Assembly (NCBI GenBank): GCA_017516345.1
Contig: JAFXDC010000026.1
Coordinates: 2,334-66,333, forward strand
Source: Clostridia bacterium
GTDB lineage: Bacteria; Bacillota; Clostridia; Christensenellales; QALW01
Direction of reading: 5' to 3'
Length of the DNA: 64,000 nt
How positions within the stretch are numbered: position 1 is the first letter of the stretch; every line of letters begins with the position of its first letter. This document shows positions 27,597-36,337 of the stretch, piece after piece. The notes beneath the pieces were generated by a model. It did no database searches. It was given only the letters and a program-made list of their open reading frames with translations, and was not told the origin of the DNA. A program made the translations under genes and the position numbers.

Positions 27597-27625
27597 TTGA
27601 CATACTATAATAATAATGATAAAAT
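27597..27625 (+). promoter_or_regulatory. Sigma-70-type promoter of the dehydrogenase operon
   Basis: TTGACA, 17 nt, TAAAAT, preceded by phased A-tracts (UP-element-like). Confidence 0.5.
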
Positions 27626-27716
27626 TAGCGTGGAGTGTTTTAAACACACACAATATGTTAAAAACGAACAGTTTTTATATTTTTCAGCCCATGAGGCAAA
27701 CAGGAGGTAATTAACC

Positions 27717-29057
27717 ATGGCAATACCAGTAATTATGCCCCGTCAGGGACAGTCGGTAGAAAGCTGTATCATCACCAAGTGGAACAAGCAGGTCGGTGAT
27801 ACCGTAGCTGTAGGCGATATCCTTTTCACCTACGAGACCGATAAGGCCACCTTTGATGAGGAGGCTAAAGAAGCAGGCGTTCTGCTCGCCATTCTCCACG
27901 AGGAAGGCGACGACGTTCCCTGCCTTGAAAACGTATGCGTGCTTGGCGAAGCAGGCGAGGACGTAAGTGCCTTTACCGCCGCCGCAGCACCCGCTGAAGA
28001 AGCAGCCCCCGCAGAGGCAGCCGCAGCTCCCGCAGAGGCAGTAGCAGCTCCCGCCGCAGTAGCCACTCCCAGCACCAAGGCCATCGAGGGTGATATTAAG
28101 ATCTCCCCCCGTGCAAGAGCTTATGCAGAAAAGACCGGCGTAGACTATCGCTACGCTACCCCCACCGGCGCAGAGGGCCGCATCATCGAGCGTGACGTTA
28201 TGCTTCTCAGAGAGCAGGGCGTTATGGTTACCGGTGCCGCTCAGGGCGCATATATGTCGGGCGACACCAGGATCGAGGGTACAGGCATCGGCGGAAGAGT
28301 TTCCCTTGCCGATCTCAACGCTCCCGCATCCGCTCCCGCCACTGCCCCCGTTGCTACCGAGGCAGCCTACACCGACGTTAAGATGTCCAATATCCGCAAG
28401 GTGATCTCCAAGAGCATGATGGCATCCCTCCAGGGTATGGCTCAGCTTACTCTTACCGCATCCTTTGATGCCACCGAGATCCTTTCCTATCGCAAGAAGA
28501 TGAAGGAAAATGCCGAGAAGCTCGGCCTTGCCAACATCACCCTTAACGATATGGTGCTCTACGCAGTAAGCCGTACCCTCCTTAACCATAAGGATCTTAA
28601 CGCTCATCTGCTTGACGACACCATGCGTTACTTCTCTGACGTTAACCTGGGCATGGCTGTTGATACCGAGCGCGGACTTATGGTTCCCACCATCTTCGCT
28701 GCCAACAAGCTTTCCCTTAACCAGATCGCTCAGGCCACCAAGAGCCTTGCGGCAGACTGCCAGAAGGGCTCCATCTCCCCGGACAAGCTTTCGGGCGGAA
28801 CCTTCACCGTAAGCAACCTCGGCGCTCTTGGCATCGAGAGCTTCACCCCCGTTATCAATCCTCCCCAGACCGGTATCCTCGGTGTTTGTACCACCGTTAA
28901 CCGCGTTAAAGAGGTTGGCGGCGTTCTTAAGACCTATCCCTGCATGTCTCTGTCCCTCACCTTCGACCACAGAGCCATCGACGGTGCTCCCGCCGCTAAG
29001 TTCCTTAAGGAGCTGTGCGCAAACCTTGAGAACTTCTCCGCTCTGCTTGCAAAATAA
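27717..29057 (+). CDS. Dihydrolipoamide acyltransferase (E2) of a 2-oxoacid/acetoin dehydrogenase complex
   Basis: Lipoyl domain with 'ETDKATF', an Ala/Pro linker, the subunit-binding motif 'ISPRARAYAEKTGVD' and catalytic 'DHRAIDG'. Confidence 0.9.
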   Translation: MAIPVIMPRQGQSVESCIITKWNKQVGDTVAVGDILFTYETDKATFDEEAKEAGVLLAILHEEGDDVPCLENVCVLGEAGEDVSAFTAAAAPAEEAAPAEAAAAPAEAVAAPAAVATPSTKAIEGDIKISPRARAYAEKTGVDYRYATPTGAEGRIIERDVMLLREQGVMVTGAAQGAYMSGDTRIEGTGIGGRVSLADLNAPASAPATAPVATEAAYTDVKMSNIRKVISKSMMASLQGMAQLTLTASFDATEILSYRKKMKENAEKLGLANITLNDMVLYAVSRTLLNHKDLNAHLLDDTMRYFSDVNLGMAVDTERGLMVPTIFAANKLSLNQIAQATKSLAADCQKGSISPDKLSGGTFTVSNLGALGIESFTPVINPPQTGILGVCTTVNRVKEVGGVLKTYPCMSLSLTFDHRAIDGAPAAKFLKELCANLENFSALLAK

Positions 29058-29075
29058 GCAGCTAACATGTTAAAA

Positions 29076-29103
29076 TCCGATTCCGACTCGCGTCGGAATC
29101 GGA
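29076..29103 (+). other. Intercistronic perfect hairpin between E2 and E3
   Basis: TCCGATTCCGAC-tcgc-GTCGGAATCGGA. No T-run follows, so it is not a classical terminator. Confidence 0.5.
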
Positions 29104-29129
29104 AACAATATAAAAAGAGGTAAAATACT

Positions 29130-30494
29130 ATGTATGATCTTATTGTAATCGGCGGCGGCCCCGCAGGCTATCTTGCGGCAGAGCGTGCCGGCGCGGCAGG
29201 CCTTAACACCCTGCTCATCGAAAAACGCTTCATCGGCGGCGTTTGCCTTAACGAGGGCTGCGTTCCCTCCAAGGCTCTGCTTTACTCCGCAAAGCTCTAC
29301 GACGGCGCGGCTCACGGCGATAAATACGGCATCACCGTAGAGAACATCAAGCTTGACCATGCCAAGGTAGTTGCCAGAAAGCGCAAGGTGGTTGATACAC
29401 TTGTAGGCGGCATCAAGGCCGGTCTTAAGGCTCACAAGGTAACCGTTGTGGACGGCGTTGCTCACATCGAGAAGCGCACCGGCAGCGAATTCAAGGTATC
29501 GGTTGGCGATACCGTTTACGAGGGCGCTCGCCTTCTGATCGCTTGCGGCTCCGAGGCTGCAATGCCCCCCATCCCCGGCGTTAAGGAAAACTTCGAGAAG
29601 GGCTTTGTTCTTACCAACCGTGAGATCCTGGACCTTGAGGCAGTTCCCGAGCGTCTTGTGGTTATCGGCGGCGGCGTTATCGGTCTTGAAATGGCAAGCT
29701 ATTTCAACTCCGCAGGAAGCAAGGTAACCGTAATTGAAATGATGAACAAGATCGCAGGTCCCACCGACGGCGACATCAGCAAGATTCTTCAGAAGAACTA
29801 CGAGAAGAAGGGCATCACCTTCCTCCTCGGTGCAAAGGTGGTTGAGGTTACCGACAAGGGCGTTAAGTACGACCTGGGCGGCAAGGTAGAGCTTGTTGAG
29901 GCAGACAAGGTGCTCCTTTCCATCGGTCGCCGTCCCTCCACCGCAGGTCTCGGACTTGAGAATATCGGTGTAGAGATGAACCGTGGCGCCATCCTTACCG
30001 ACGAGCAGGGCCGCACCAACGTAGCCGGCGTATTTGCCAGCGGCGACTGCAACGGCAAGATGATGCTTGCTCACGTTGCTTACCGCGAGAGTGAGGTTGC
30101 CATCAACACCATTATGGGCAAAAAGGACCGTATGCGCTACACCGCAGTTCCCTCCGTTATCTACACCAACCCCGAGGTTGCCTTTGTAGGTCTTACCGAG
30201 GAGCAGGCAAAGGCAGAGGGCATGGACGTTGCAGTTGTAAACACCACCATGAAGTATTCCGGCCGTTACGTTGCCGAGAACGAGGGTGGCGACGGCATCT
30301 GCAAGCTTGTTATCGACAAGAAGAACAACCGCCTTGTAGGTGTTCATATGATCGGTAACTACTCCTCCGAGATCATCATCTCCGCAGTAACCATGCTGGA
30401 GACCGAGATGCGCATCGAGGATATCAAGGAGATCATCTTCCCCCATCCCACCGTTTGCGAGATCATCCGCGAGGGACTTTTCCAGTATAAATAA
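29130..30494 (+). CDS. lpd: Dihydrolipoyl dehydrogenase (E3)
   Basis: 'VIGGGPAGY' FAD-binding motif and the redox disulfide 'CLNEGCVPSK'. 454 aa. Confidence 0.92.
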   Translation: MYDLIVIGGGPAGYLAAERAGAAGLNTLLIEKRFIGGVCLNEGCVPSKALLYSAKLYDGAAHGDKYGITVENIKLDHAKVVARKRKVVDTLVGGIKAGLKAHKVTVVDGVAHIEKRTGSEFKVSVGDTVYEGARLLIACGSEAAMPPIPGVKENFEKGFVLTNREILDLEAVPERLVVIGGGVIGLEMASYFNSAGSKVTVIEMMNKIAGPTDGDISKILQKNYEKKGITFLLGAKVVEVTDKGVKYDLGGKVELVEADKVLLSIGRRPSTAGLGLENIGVEMNRGAILTDEQGRTNVAGVFASGDCNGKMMLAHVAYRESEVAINTIMGKKDRMRYTAVPSVIYTNPEVAFVGLTEEQAKAEGMDVAVVNTTMKYSGRYVAENEGGDGICKLVIDKKNNRLVGVHMIGNYSSEIIISAVTMLETEMRIEDIKEIIFPHPTVCEIIREGLFQYK

Positions 30495-30537
30495 TACTTT
30501 ATATTAAGTATAAATAATTTTTAAGGAGGACATTTTA

Positions 30538-33015
30538 ATGCCTAAATCCCAATATATCGATCCGGCGGTCATGAGAGCCCCCGGAAAGATCGAGTTTACC
30601 GACATTCCCGTAAACCAGTATAACAAGACCATCGAAGAAGAAAAGGCTAATTACACCACCGAGGACTTCATGCGCATCTATCGCGATATGGCAGTTATCC
30701 GCGAGTTCGAGACCATGATCAACCTCATTAAGACCACCAGTGAGTATAACGGAATCTCCTACAGCCATCCCGGCCCTGCTCACCTTGGTATCGGTCAGGA
30801 GGCCGCCGCTGTAGGTCAGGCTTATCTGCTTGATAAGAACGACTACATCTTCGGTTCCCACCGCAGCCACGCAGACATCCTTGCAAAGGGTCTGTCCTGC
30901 ATCCAGAAGATGAGCGACGAAGAGCTTACCGAAATCATGAACACCACTTGGGACGGCGCTACCCTGCGCGCTCTTGAGAAGAACGGCAAGACCTACACCT
31001 CCGTTAAGGAGAAGGCCATCGACTTCTTCCTTTACGGCGTAATCGCAGAGCTCTTTGCCCGTGAGACCGGCTTCTCCAAGGGCCTTGGCGGCTCCATGCA
31101 CGCTTTCTTCATTCCCTTTGGTATTTATCCCAACAACGCTATCGTTGGCGGTAGCGCAGGTATCGCCGCAGGTGCTGCTCTTTATAAGAGAGTAAACAAC
31201 AAGGACGGCGTTGTAATCGCTAACATCGGTGATGCTTCCCTTGGTTGCGGTCCTGTATTCGAGGCCATGAACTTCTCGGCTATGGATCAGCTCAAGACCC
31301 TTTGGGACGACGCTCACAAGGGCGGTCTCCCCATCATCTTCAACATCTTCAACAACCAGTACGGTATGGGCGGTCAGACCAACGGCGAGACCATGGCTTA
31401 CAACATCCTTGCCCGTCTTGGCGCAGGTGTAACCCCCAACCAGATGCACGCAGAGCGTGTTGACGGCTACAATCCCCTTGCCGTTATCGAGGCTTACAGA
31501 AGAAAGAAGCAGATCATCGAGGATCGTGAGGGTCCCGTTCTTCTGGACGTTCTTACCTACCGTTACTCCGGCCACAGCCCGTCCGACGCTTCCAGCTACC
31601 GTACCAAGGAAGAGGTTGCAGCTTGGCAGGCAATCGATCCCCTCATTACCTACCGTGCAGCCCTTGTTGAGGCCGGCGTAGCTAAGGATTCCGAGTTCGA
31701 TGCCATCTATGCTGATATCGTTAGCCGTATGACCGATCTGGTAAGGATCGCTACCGATCCCGCCATCTCCCCCTACATGGATCTTACCGGTACTCCCGAT
31801 GCCATCGCCGACATTATGTTCTCCAATGAGCACGTTGTATCCATGGATCCCACCAGAACCCCCGACGTTCTTATGCCCATGGAGGAGAATCCCCGTGTTC
31901 AGAAGATCGCTAAGAAGGAGCGCTTTGGCTTTGACAAGAACGGCAAGCCCGTTTCCAAGAACAAGGTATATCAGTACAGAGACGCCATCTTCGAGGCAAT
32001 CATCAACAAATACTATGAGGATCCCACTCTGGTAGCTTACGGCGAGGAGAACCGCGATTGGGGCGGAGCCTTCGCAGTATACGTAGGTCTTACCGAGGCC
32101 ATTCCTTATCACCGTCTGTTCAACTCCCCCATCTCTGAGGCAGCCATCGTTGCAAGTGCCGTAGGCTACGGTATGTGCGGCGGCCGCAGCATAGTTGAGC
32201 TTATGTACTGCGACTTCATCGGCCGTGCAGGTGACGAGGTATTCAACCAGATGGCTAAATGGCAGTCCATGACTGCAGGCGCTCTTAAGATGCCCATGGT
32301 ACTCCGTGTTTCCGTTGGCTCCAAGTACGGCGCACAGCACTCTCAGGATTGGTCGGCTATGGTTGCTCATATCCCGGGCCTTAAGGTTTGCTTCCCCGCA
32401 ACTCCTTATGATGCTAAGGGTCTTATGACCACCGCTCTTAACGGTACCGACCCCGTTATCTTCCTTGAGAGCCAGAGAATCTACGACTTCGGCGAGCAGT
32501 TCCACGAGGGCGGCGTTCCCGCAGAGAGCTACGAGATCCCCTTCGGCGAGCCCGACGTTAAGCGCGTAGGCTCCGACGTTACCATCGTAACCATCGGTGC
32601 AGTTCTTTACCGCGCTAAGGATGCTGCTAAGCAGCTTCAGGAGAAGTACAACATCTCTGCTGAGGTTATCGACGCTCGTTCGGTAGTTCCCTTCAACTAC
32701 GAGAAGGTGCTTGAGTCTGTTAAGAAGACCGGCAAGCTTGTTGTTGTAGGCGACGCTTGCGACCGTGGCTCCATCATGAAGGAGATCGCTCAGAACGTAA
32801 CCGAGATGGAATTCGATTATCTTGATGCTCCCGCTGTAGTAGTTGGCGCCAAGAACTGGATCACTCCCGCTTACGAGCTTGACAGCTACTTCTTCCCGCA
32901 GGCTTCCTGGATCATCGATGCTATCCACGAGAAGATCATGCCTATCCCGGGCTACGTAGCTACCAACAACTTCACCACCCAGGAGAAGATCAGAACCAAC
33001 AAAAAGGGTGTCTGA
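30538..33015 (+). CDS. Thiamine-diphosphate-dependent E1 component, fused alpha+beta subunits
   Basis: 825 aa. The N-terminal half is E1-alpha-like (GDAS..G..FEA..NQYG) and the C-terminal half is E1-beta/transketolase-like (..GEENRDWGGAF..MYCDF..). Confidence 0.85.
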   Translation: MPKSQYIDPAVMRAPGKIEFTDIPVNQYNKTIEEEKANYTTEDFMRIYRDMAVIREFETMINLIKTTSEYNGISYSHPGPAHLGIGQEAAAVGQAYLLDKNDYIFGSHRSHADILAKGLSCIQKMSDEELTEIMNTTWDGATLRALEKNGKTYTSVKEKAIDFFLYGVIAELFARETGFSKGLGGSMHAFFIPFGIYPNNAIVGGSAGIAAGAALYKRVNNKDGVVIANIGDASLGCGPVFEAMNFSAMDQLKTLWDDAHKGGLPIIFNIFNNQYGMGGQTNGETMAYNILARLGAGVTPNQMHAERVDGYNPLAVIEAYRRKKQIIEDREGPVLLDVLTYRYSGHSPSDASSYRTKEEVAAWQAIDPLITYRAALVEAGVAKDSEFDAIYADIVSRMTDLVRIATDPAISPYMDLTGTPDAIADIMFSNEHVVSMDPTRTPDVLMPMEENPRVQKIAKKERFGFDKNGKPVSKNKVYQYRDAIFEAIINKYYEDPTLVAYGEENRDWGGAFAVYVGLTEAIPYHRLFNSPISEAAIVASAVGYGMCGGRSIVELMYCDFIGRAGDEVFNQMAKWQSMTAGALKMPMVLRVSVGSKYGAQHSQDWSAMVAHIPGLKVCFPATPYDAKGLMTTALNGTDPVIFLESQRIYDFGEQFHEGGVPAESYEIPFGEPDVKRVGSDVTIVTIGAVLYRAKDAAKQLQEKYNISAEVIDARSVVPFNYEKVLESVKKTGKLVVVGDACDRGSIMKEIAQNVTEMEFDYLDAPAVVVGAKNWITPAYELDSYFFPQASWIIDAIHEKIMPIPGYVATNNFTTQEKIRTNKKGV

Positions 33016-33037
33016 TTAAAAATAACCAAAGAAATAA

Positions 33038-33069
33038 GGTAACGAGAAATCGCTACCTTTTTCTTTTTT
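33038..33069 (+). terminator. Operon terminator
   Basis: GGTAACGA-gaaa-TCGCTACC followed by a T-rich run. Confidence 0.65.
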
Positions 33070-33263
33070 ATAACGCCAAATACGGCGCTCTTTTTTGTAG
33101 CGTATATGTTCCGATATATGATCATTTTAAATTTGATTTTTAAAGGAGTGTATGCTATTATATGAGTGTATTTGACGGATTACATACCATAATAAACAAT
33201 CTATTCTCCGTAAAAGACCCAAATGCCTGCGCTTTATACGTGGCACTAAAAGGAGTTGAAATT

Positions 33264-33593
33264 ATGAAAGGACTTGACGAAGTCAAAGTATTAAGCGACA
33301 AATACGAAAGCGAAGGCGTAAAAAAGGGTGCGATAGGAACCATTATTCTATATGAAATAAGATACAATATGTTTGAAGTAGTATTTTCTCTTCCGGACGG
33401 CAGAGATTATGCACAGATAACCATACACGTTAGTGACCTGGAGCTTGTAAGGGATGCAGGTCTTACCGATGATGACATCCTTGAAGGATTACCGGGTCAA
33501 GATCCCGCTTGGTGGTGCAAGGTGGAGGACGGCTTCATTCTAAACCTCAAGGGCGAAAAAAAGAATAAGATAGCTTATGATTATGACTCGTAA
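33264..33593 (+). CDS. Small hypothetical protein, N-terminal DUF4926-like fold suspected
   Basis: The ATG at 33264 lies 8 nt after AAAGGAG. 'VKVLSD..GVKKGAIGTII...FEVVF..PDG' resembles the DUF4926 pattern as I remember it. The open frame extends to 33162. Confidence 0.45.
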   Translation: MKGLDEVKVLSDKYESEGVKKGAIGTIILYEIRYNMFEVVFSLPDGRDYAQITIHVSDLELVRDAGLTDDDILEGLPGQDPAWWCKVEDGFILNLKGEKKNKIAYDYDS

Positions 33594-33596
33594 ATG

Positions 33597-33972
33597 CAAA
33601 AAGCACCCCACAGGGAGCTTGCGGTAGAGCAGTATGAAATTGAATATACCTACCGACAGGAAAAGGACGAGAAATTGATAAAATTTCTCGTCCTTTTTTC
33701 TTGACAAGCACTGCTCCTGTGTCCACAGAAGCTATTTTGATTTTGTCGATATACCGTCGCTTCGCTCGGTTCGATATATTTGCCTTGCAGCAAATTCGAT
33801 ATGTTTTCGCTACGCTCAAACTCTATATGATATAAATCCGCGCTCACGCAGTGAGCATATCGAGTGCAACAGCACATATCGAACGCGTTAGCGTATATCG
33901 AAAATCCGCATTAGCGGATTTATATCGATGCGTACCTGCTCTATGGCAGGTACGCTACAGGGTGCTTTTTTG
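33597..33972. repeat. About 375-bp non-coding element with ~36-bp imperfect terminal inverted repeats and an internal TCGATAT/hairpin array (MITE-like)
   Basis: Left end CAAAAAGCACCC..TAGAGCAG (33597-33632) matches the reverse complement of 33937-33972 at about 28 of 36 positions by eye. TCGATAT occurs at 33746, 33771 and 33796. ATATCGA occurs at 33857, 33876, 33895 and 33922. Confidence 0.55.
33661..33699 (+). terminator. Intrinsic terminator (inside the MITE-like element)
   Basis: aaaAGGACGAGAAATT-gataa-AATTTCTCGTCCTttttt. Confidence 0.8.
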
Positions 33973-33988
33973 TATATTCATGCTTGTA

Positions 33989-35131
33989 TCAATATTTAAG
34001 CGCATTAACCACCCTTTCATCATCCCAATCAACAAAAAGGGATAAAAGGTTACGAACGTAATCCTTAGTGGTCCAGTCGTTGGGGTGCGCTATGCCGTTA
34101 CCGAGCGTGCATAGCACCTCTTTTCTGTGCAGGGTATCAAGACCCATCTCGAAGAAGTCACAGTAGCGCAGGCCCACCCTCTGCATTGCCTTATAAGGGG
34201 TAATGAGACGGTGAGTATATATCATAAAGCCCGAATCGGGGTTGTTGAAGCTGGGGCCGAGCAGAACTATCTCGCTCTCGGGGAGCCTTTCAGCCGTGGT
34301 ATCAAGCATATATTTCATATTGTCAAGGCACTTTTCAAAGCCCTCGGCATACTTGTTATCGTTGTTGCCAAAGCCAAGAAGCAGCAGATCGGGCTTTTCG
34401 TTCAACACCGCACGCTCAAACTCCTTGACTGCCCAGTTGGAATCGGTACCGCCGACCGAGTGATTAACGTACTCTATCTTGCAGCCGTATATCTTCTCAA
34501 GCGCGTTGCAGAAAAGCACGGGGTATCCCGGCATATAGGGCTCGCGCTTATACCAAGACGTGGTGTCCGCGCCGGTGTGAGTGCTGTCTCCAAAGAACAC
34601 CACCTTGATGTGCTCCTTGTTCTCAAGACGCTTCATGGTCTTGGGCAGAAGCTCGGGCTTAAAGAAGTTGCGAACCGGATATTCCGCGGTCTCATTTTCA
34701 TCAGCCAGATAGGTTATGTACAGGGTCTTGCCGTAGTGCCACTCGTTCTCGCAGTAGACCGCGTTGCCGATCCTTCCCTTGCCGAATTCGTCAAAGCCGT
34801 AAGGCTCCTCGCCAAAGCCCTTTACCCCCTCACCGCGCGCCTCAGCCACCGTGAAGTAAGGAATACTGCTTCCCTCGGGCAGATACAGACACTGGAACTT
34901 TTCGCTCCACTCCCAGTCCACACCGCGCACATATTCCTTCTGAAGAGAGTTATCGCGCAGGCAAATTATCCTCTTTGGGGCAAACAGAAGCCTTGCCATG
35001 GGAGCAAGCGCCTCCTTCATAAAGCAAACGCCCTCGTTAAGAATAAAATTTGATTTATTAAGAGGATAAAGCTGACGCATGGGATCTTTGGTAAACTGCG
35101 CCTTTTCCTCGGGTACGTAATATTTTGTCAT
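33989..35131 (-). CDS. SGNH/GDSL-type hydrolase family protein (paralogue A)
   Basis: 'VVFFGDSTHTG' (block I GDS), 'GFGNND' (block III) and 'HPNDW' (block V-like). 380 aa. Confidence 0.7.
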   Translation of the reverse strand: MTKYYVPEEKAQFTKDPMRQLYPLNKSNFILNEGVCFMKEALAPMARLLFAPKRIICLRDNSLQKEYVRGVDWEWSEKFQCLYLPEGSSIPYFTVAEARGEGVKGFGEEPYGFDEFGKGRIGNAVYCENEWHYGKTLYITYLADENETAEYPVRNFFKPELLPKTMKRLENKEHIKVVFFGDSTHTGADTTSWYKREPYMPGYPVLFCNALEKIYGCKIEYVNHSVGGTDSNWAVKEFERAVLNEKPDLLLLGFGNNDNKYAEGFEKCLDNMKYMLDTTAERLPESEIVLLGPSFNNPDSGFMIYTHRLITPYKAMQRVGLRYCDFFEMGLDTLHRKEVLCTLGNGIAHPNDWTTKDYVRNLLSLFVDWDDERVVNALKY

Positions 35132-35164
35132 TTTTCTTTCCTTTCTCGGACATTACCGTTTATA

Positions 35165-36304
35165 TTAATAGCGAAGCGCCTTTACCGCGCGCTCATCATC
35201 AAGATCAACAAAAAGCGACAGTACGTTGGTAACGTAAAGCCTTGTTATCCAGTCGTTTGGATGTACTATTCCGTTTCCGACCAAGCCAAGAACCTCTTTT
35301 CTGTGAAGCAGATCAAGACCCACCTCAAAAAAGTCGCAGTAGCGCACGCCCACCCTTTGCATTGCCTTAAAGGGATTCACTATGCGATGGGTATATGCCA
35401 TCCAGCCTGAATCGGGGTTTTGCATGGCGGGTGACATGACCACTATCTCGCACTCGGGGAAAGTACTAAGGGTGGTGTCCACCATATATTTCATATTGGC
35501 AAGGCACTTTTTAAGTCCGTCACCGTACTTTTTGTCATTGCCGCCAAAGCCAAGTATCAAAAGGTCGGGCTTTTCGTTTATTACCGCGCGCTCAAATTCC
35601 TTTACTCCCCATTCACCCGTCGTGCCACCAACCGAGTGGTTAACGTATTCTATCTCGGCGCCGTATATACTCTCAAGCGCCTTACAGAAAAGCACGGGAT
35701 ATCCCGGCATAAAGGGCTCGCGCTTGTACCATGATGAGGTATCTGCTCCCGTGTGTGTGCTCGAGCCGAAGAATACCACCTTGATATGCTCCTTGCTTTC
35801 AAGACGCTTGACGGTCTTGGGCAAAAGCTCCGGACGGAAATAGTTGCGCACCGGATACTCCGCCGTTTCCTTTTCATTTGCCAGATATGTAATATATAAG
35901 GTCTTGCCGTAGTGCCACTCATTCTCGCAGTATACCGCATTGCCTATACGCGCCTTGCCGCTTGCGTCAAAGCCAACAGGCTCATCACCATAGTTCTTGA
36001 CCCCCTCGCCACGCGCCTCTGCTACCGTAAAGTAAGGAATACTGCTTCCTTGGGGCAGATACAAGCATTGAAGCTCGTCGCTCCACTCCCAGTCCACGCC
36101 GCGCACAAACTCCTTTTGCAGGGAGTTGTCGCGCAGGCAAATTATCCTCTTTGGTGCAAAAAGCAGCCTTGCCATAGGGGCAAGCTCATCCTTCATAAAG
36201 CAAACGGCCTCGCTTTGAATAAAATTGCTCTTATAAATAGGGTATAGCTGACGCATGGGGTCCTTGTTAAATTGCGCTCTTTCCTCTTCTACAAGATAAT
36301 TCAT
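35165..36304 (-). CDS. SGNH/GDSL-type hydrolase family protein (paralogue B)
   Basis: Collinear and highly similar to 33989-35131, but with 'FFGSSTHTG' and 'GFGGND'. Start set by alignment to the paralogue. Confidence 0.7.
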   Translation of the reverse strand: MNYLVEEERAQFNKDPMRQLYPIYKSNFIQSEAVCFMKDELAPMARLLFAPKRIICLRDNSLQKEFVRGVDWEWSDELQCLYLPQGSSIPYFTVAEARGEGVKNYGDEPVGFDASGKARIGNAVYCENEWHYGKTLYITYLANEKETAEYPVRNYFRPELLPKTVKRLESKEHIKVVFFGSSTHTGADTSSWYKREPFMPGYPVLFCKALESIYGAEIEYVNHSVGGTTGEWGVKEFERAVINEKPDLLILGFGGNDKKYGDGLKKCLANMKYMVDTTLSTFPECEIVVMSPAMQNPDSGWMAYTHRIVNPFKAMQRVGVRYCDFFEVGLDLLHRKEVLGLVGNGIVHPNDWITRLYVTNVLSLFVDLDDERAVKALRY

Positions 36305-36337
36305 AACCATTTCCTTTCCTTAAAATAAAGTTATTTT

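Noticed and set aside
27711-32928. Three very long minus-strand ORFs (419, 458 and 797 aa) antisense to the E2, E3 and E1 genes
   Set aside because: Their translations are low-complexity (G/A/V/L-rich) with no motifs or RBS. The plus-strand genes carry unambiguous lipoyl, FAD and TPP enzyme signatures. These are shadow ORFs caused by codon bias.
33746-33928. Possible CRISPR array, because of regularly spaced short repeats
   Set aside because: The repeat unit is only 7-8 bp with 11-20 bp spacers, its polarity flips midway, and there are no cas genes. This is not CRISPR.
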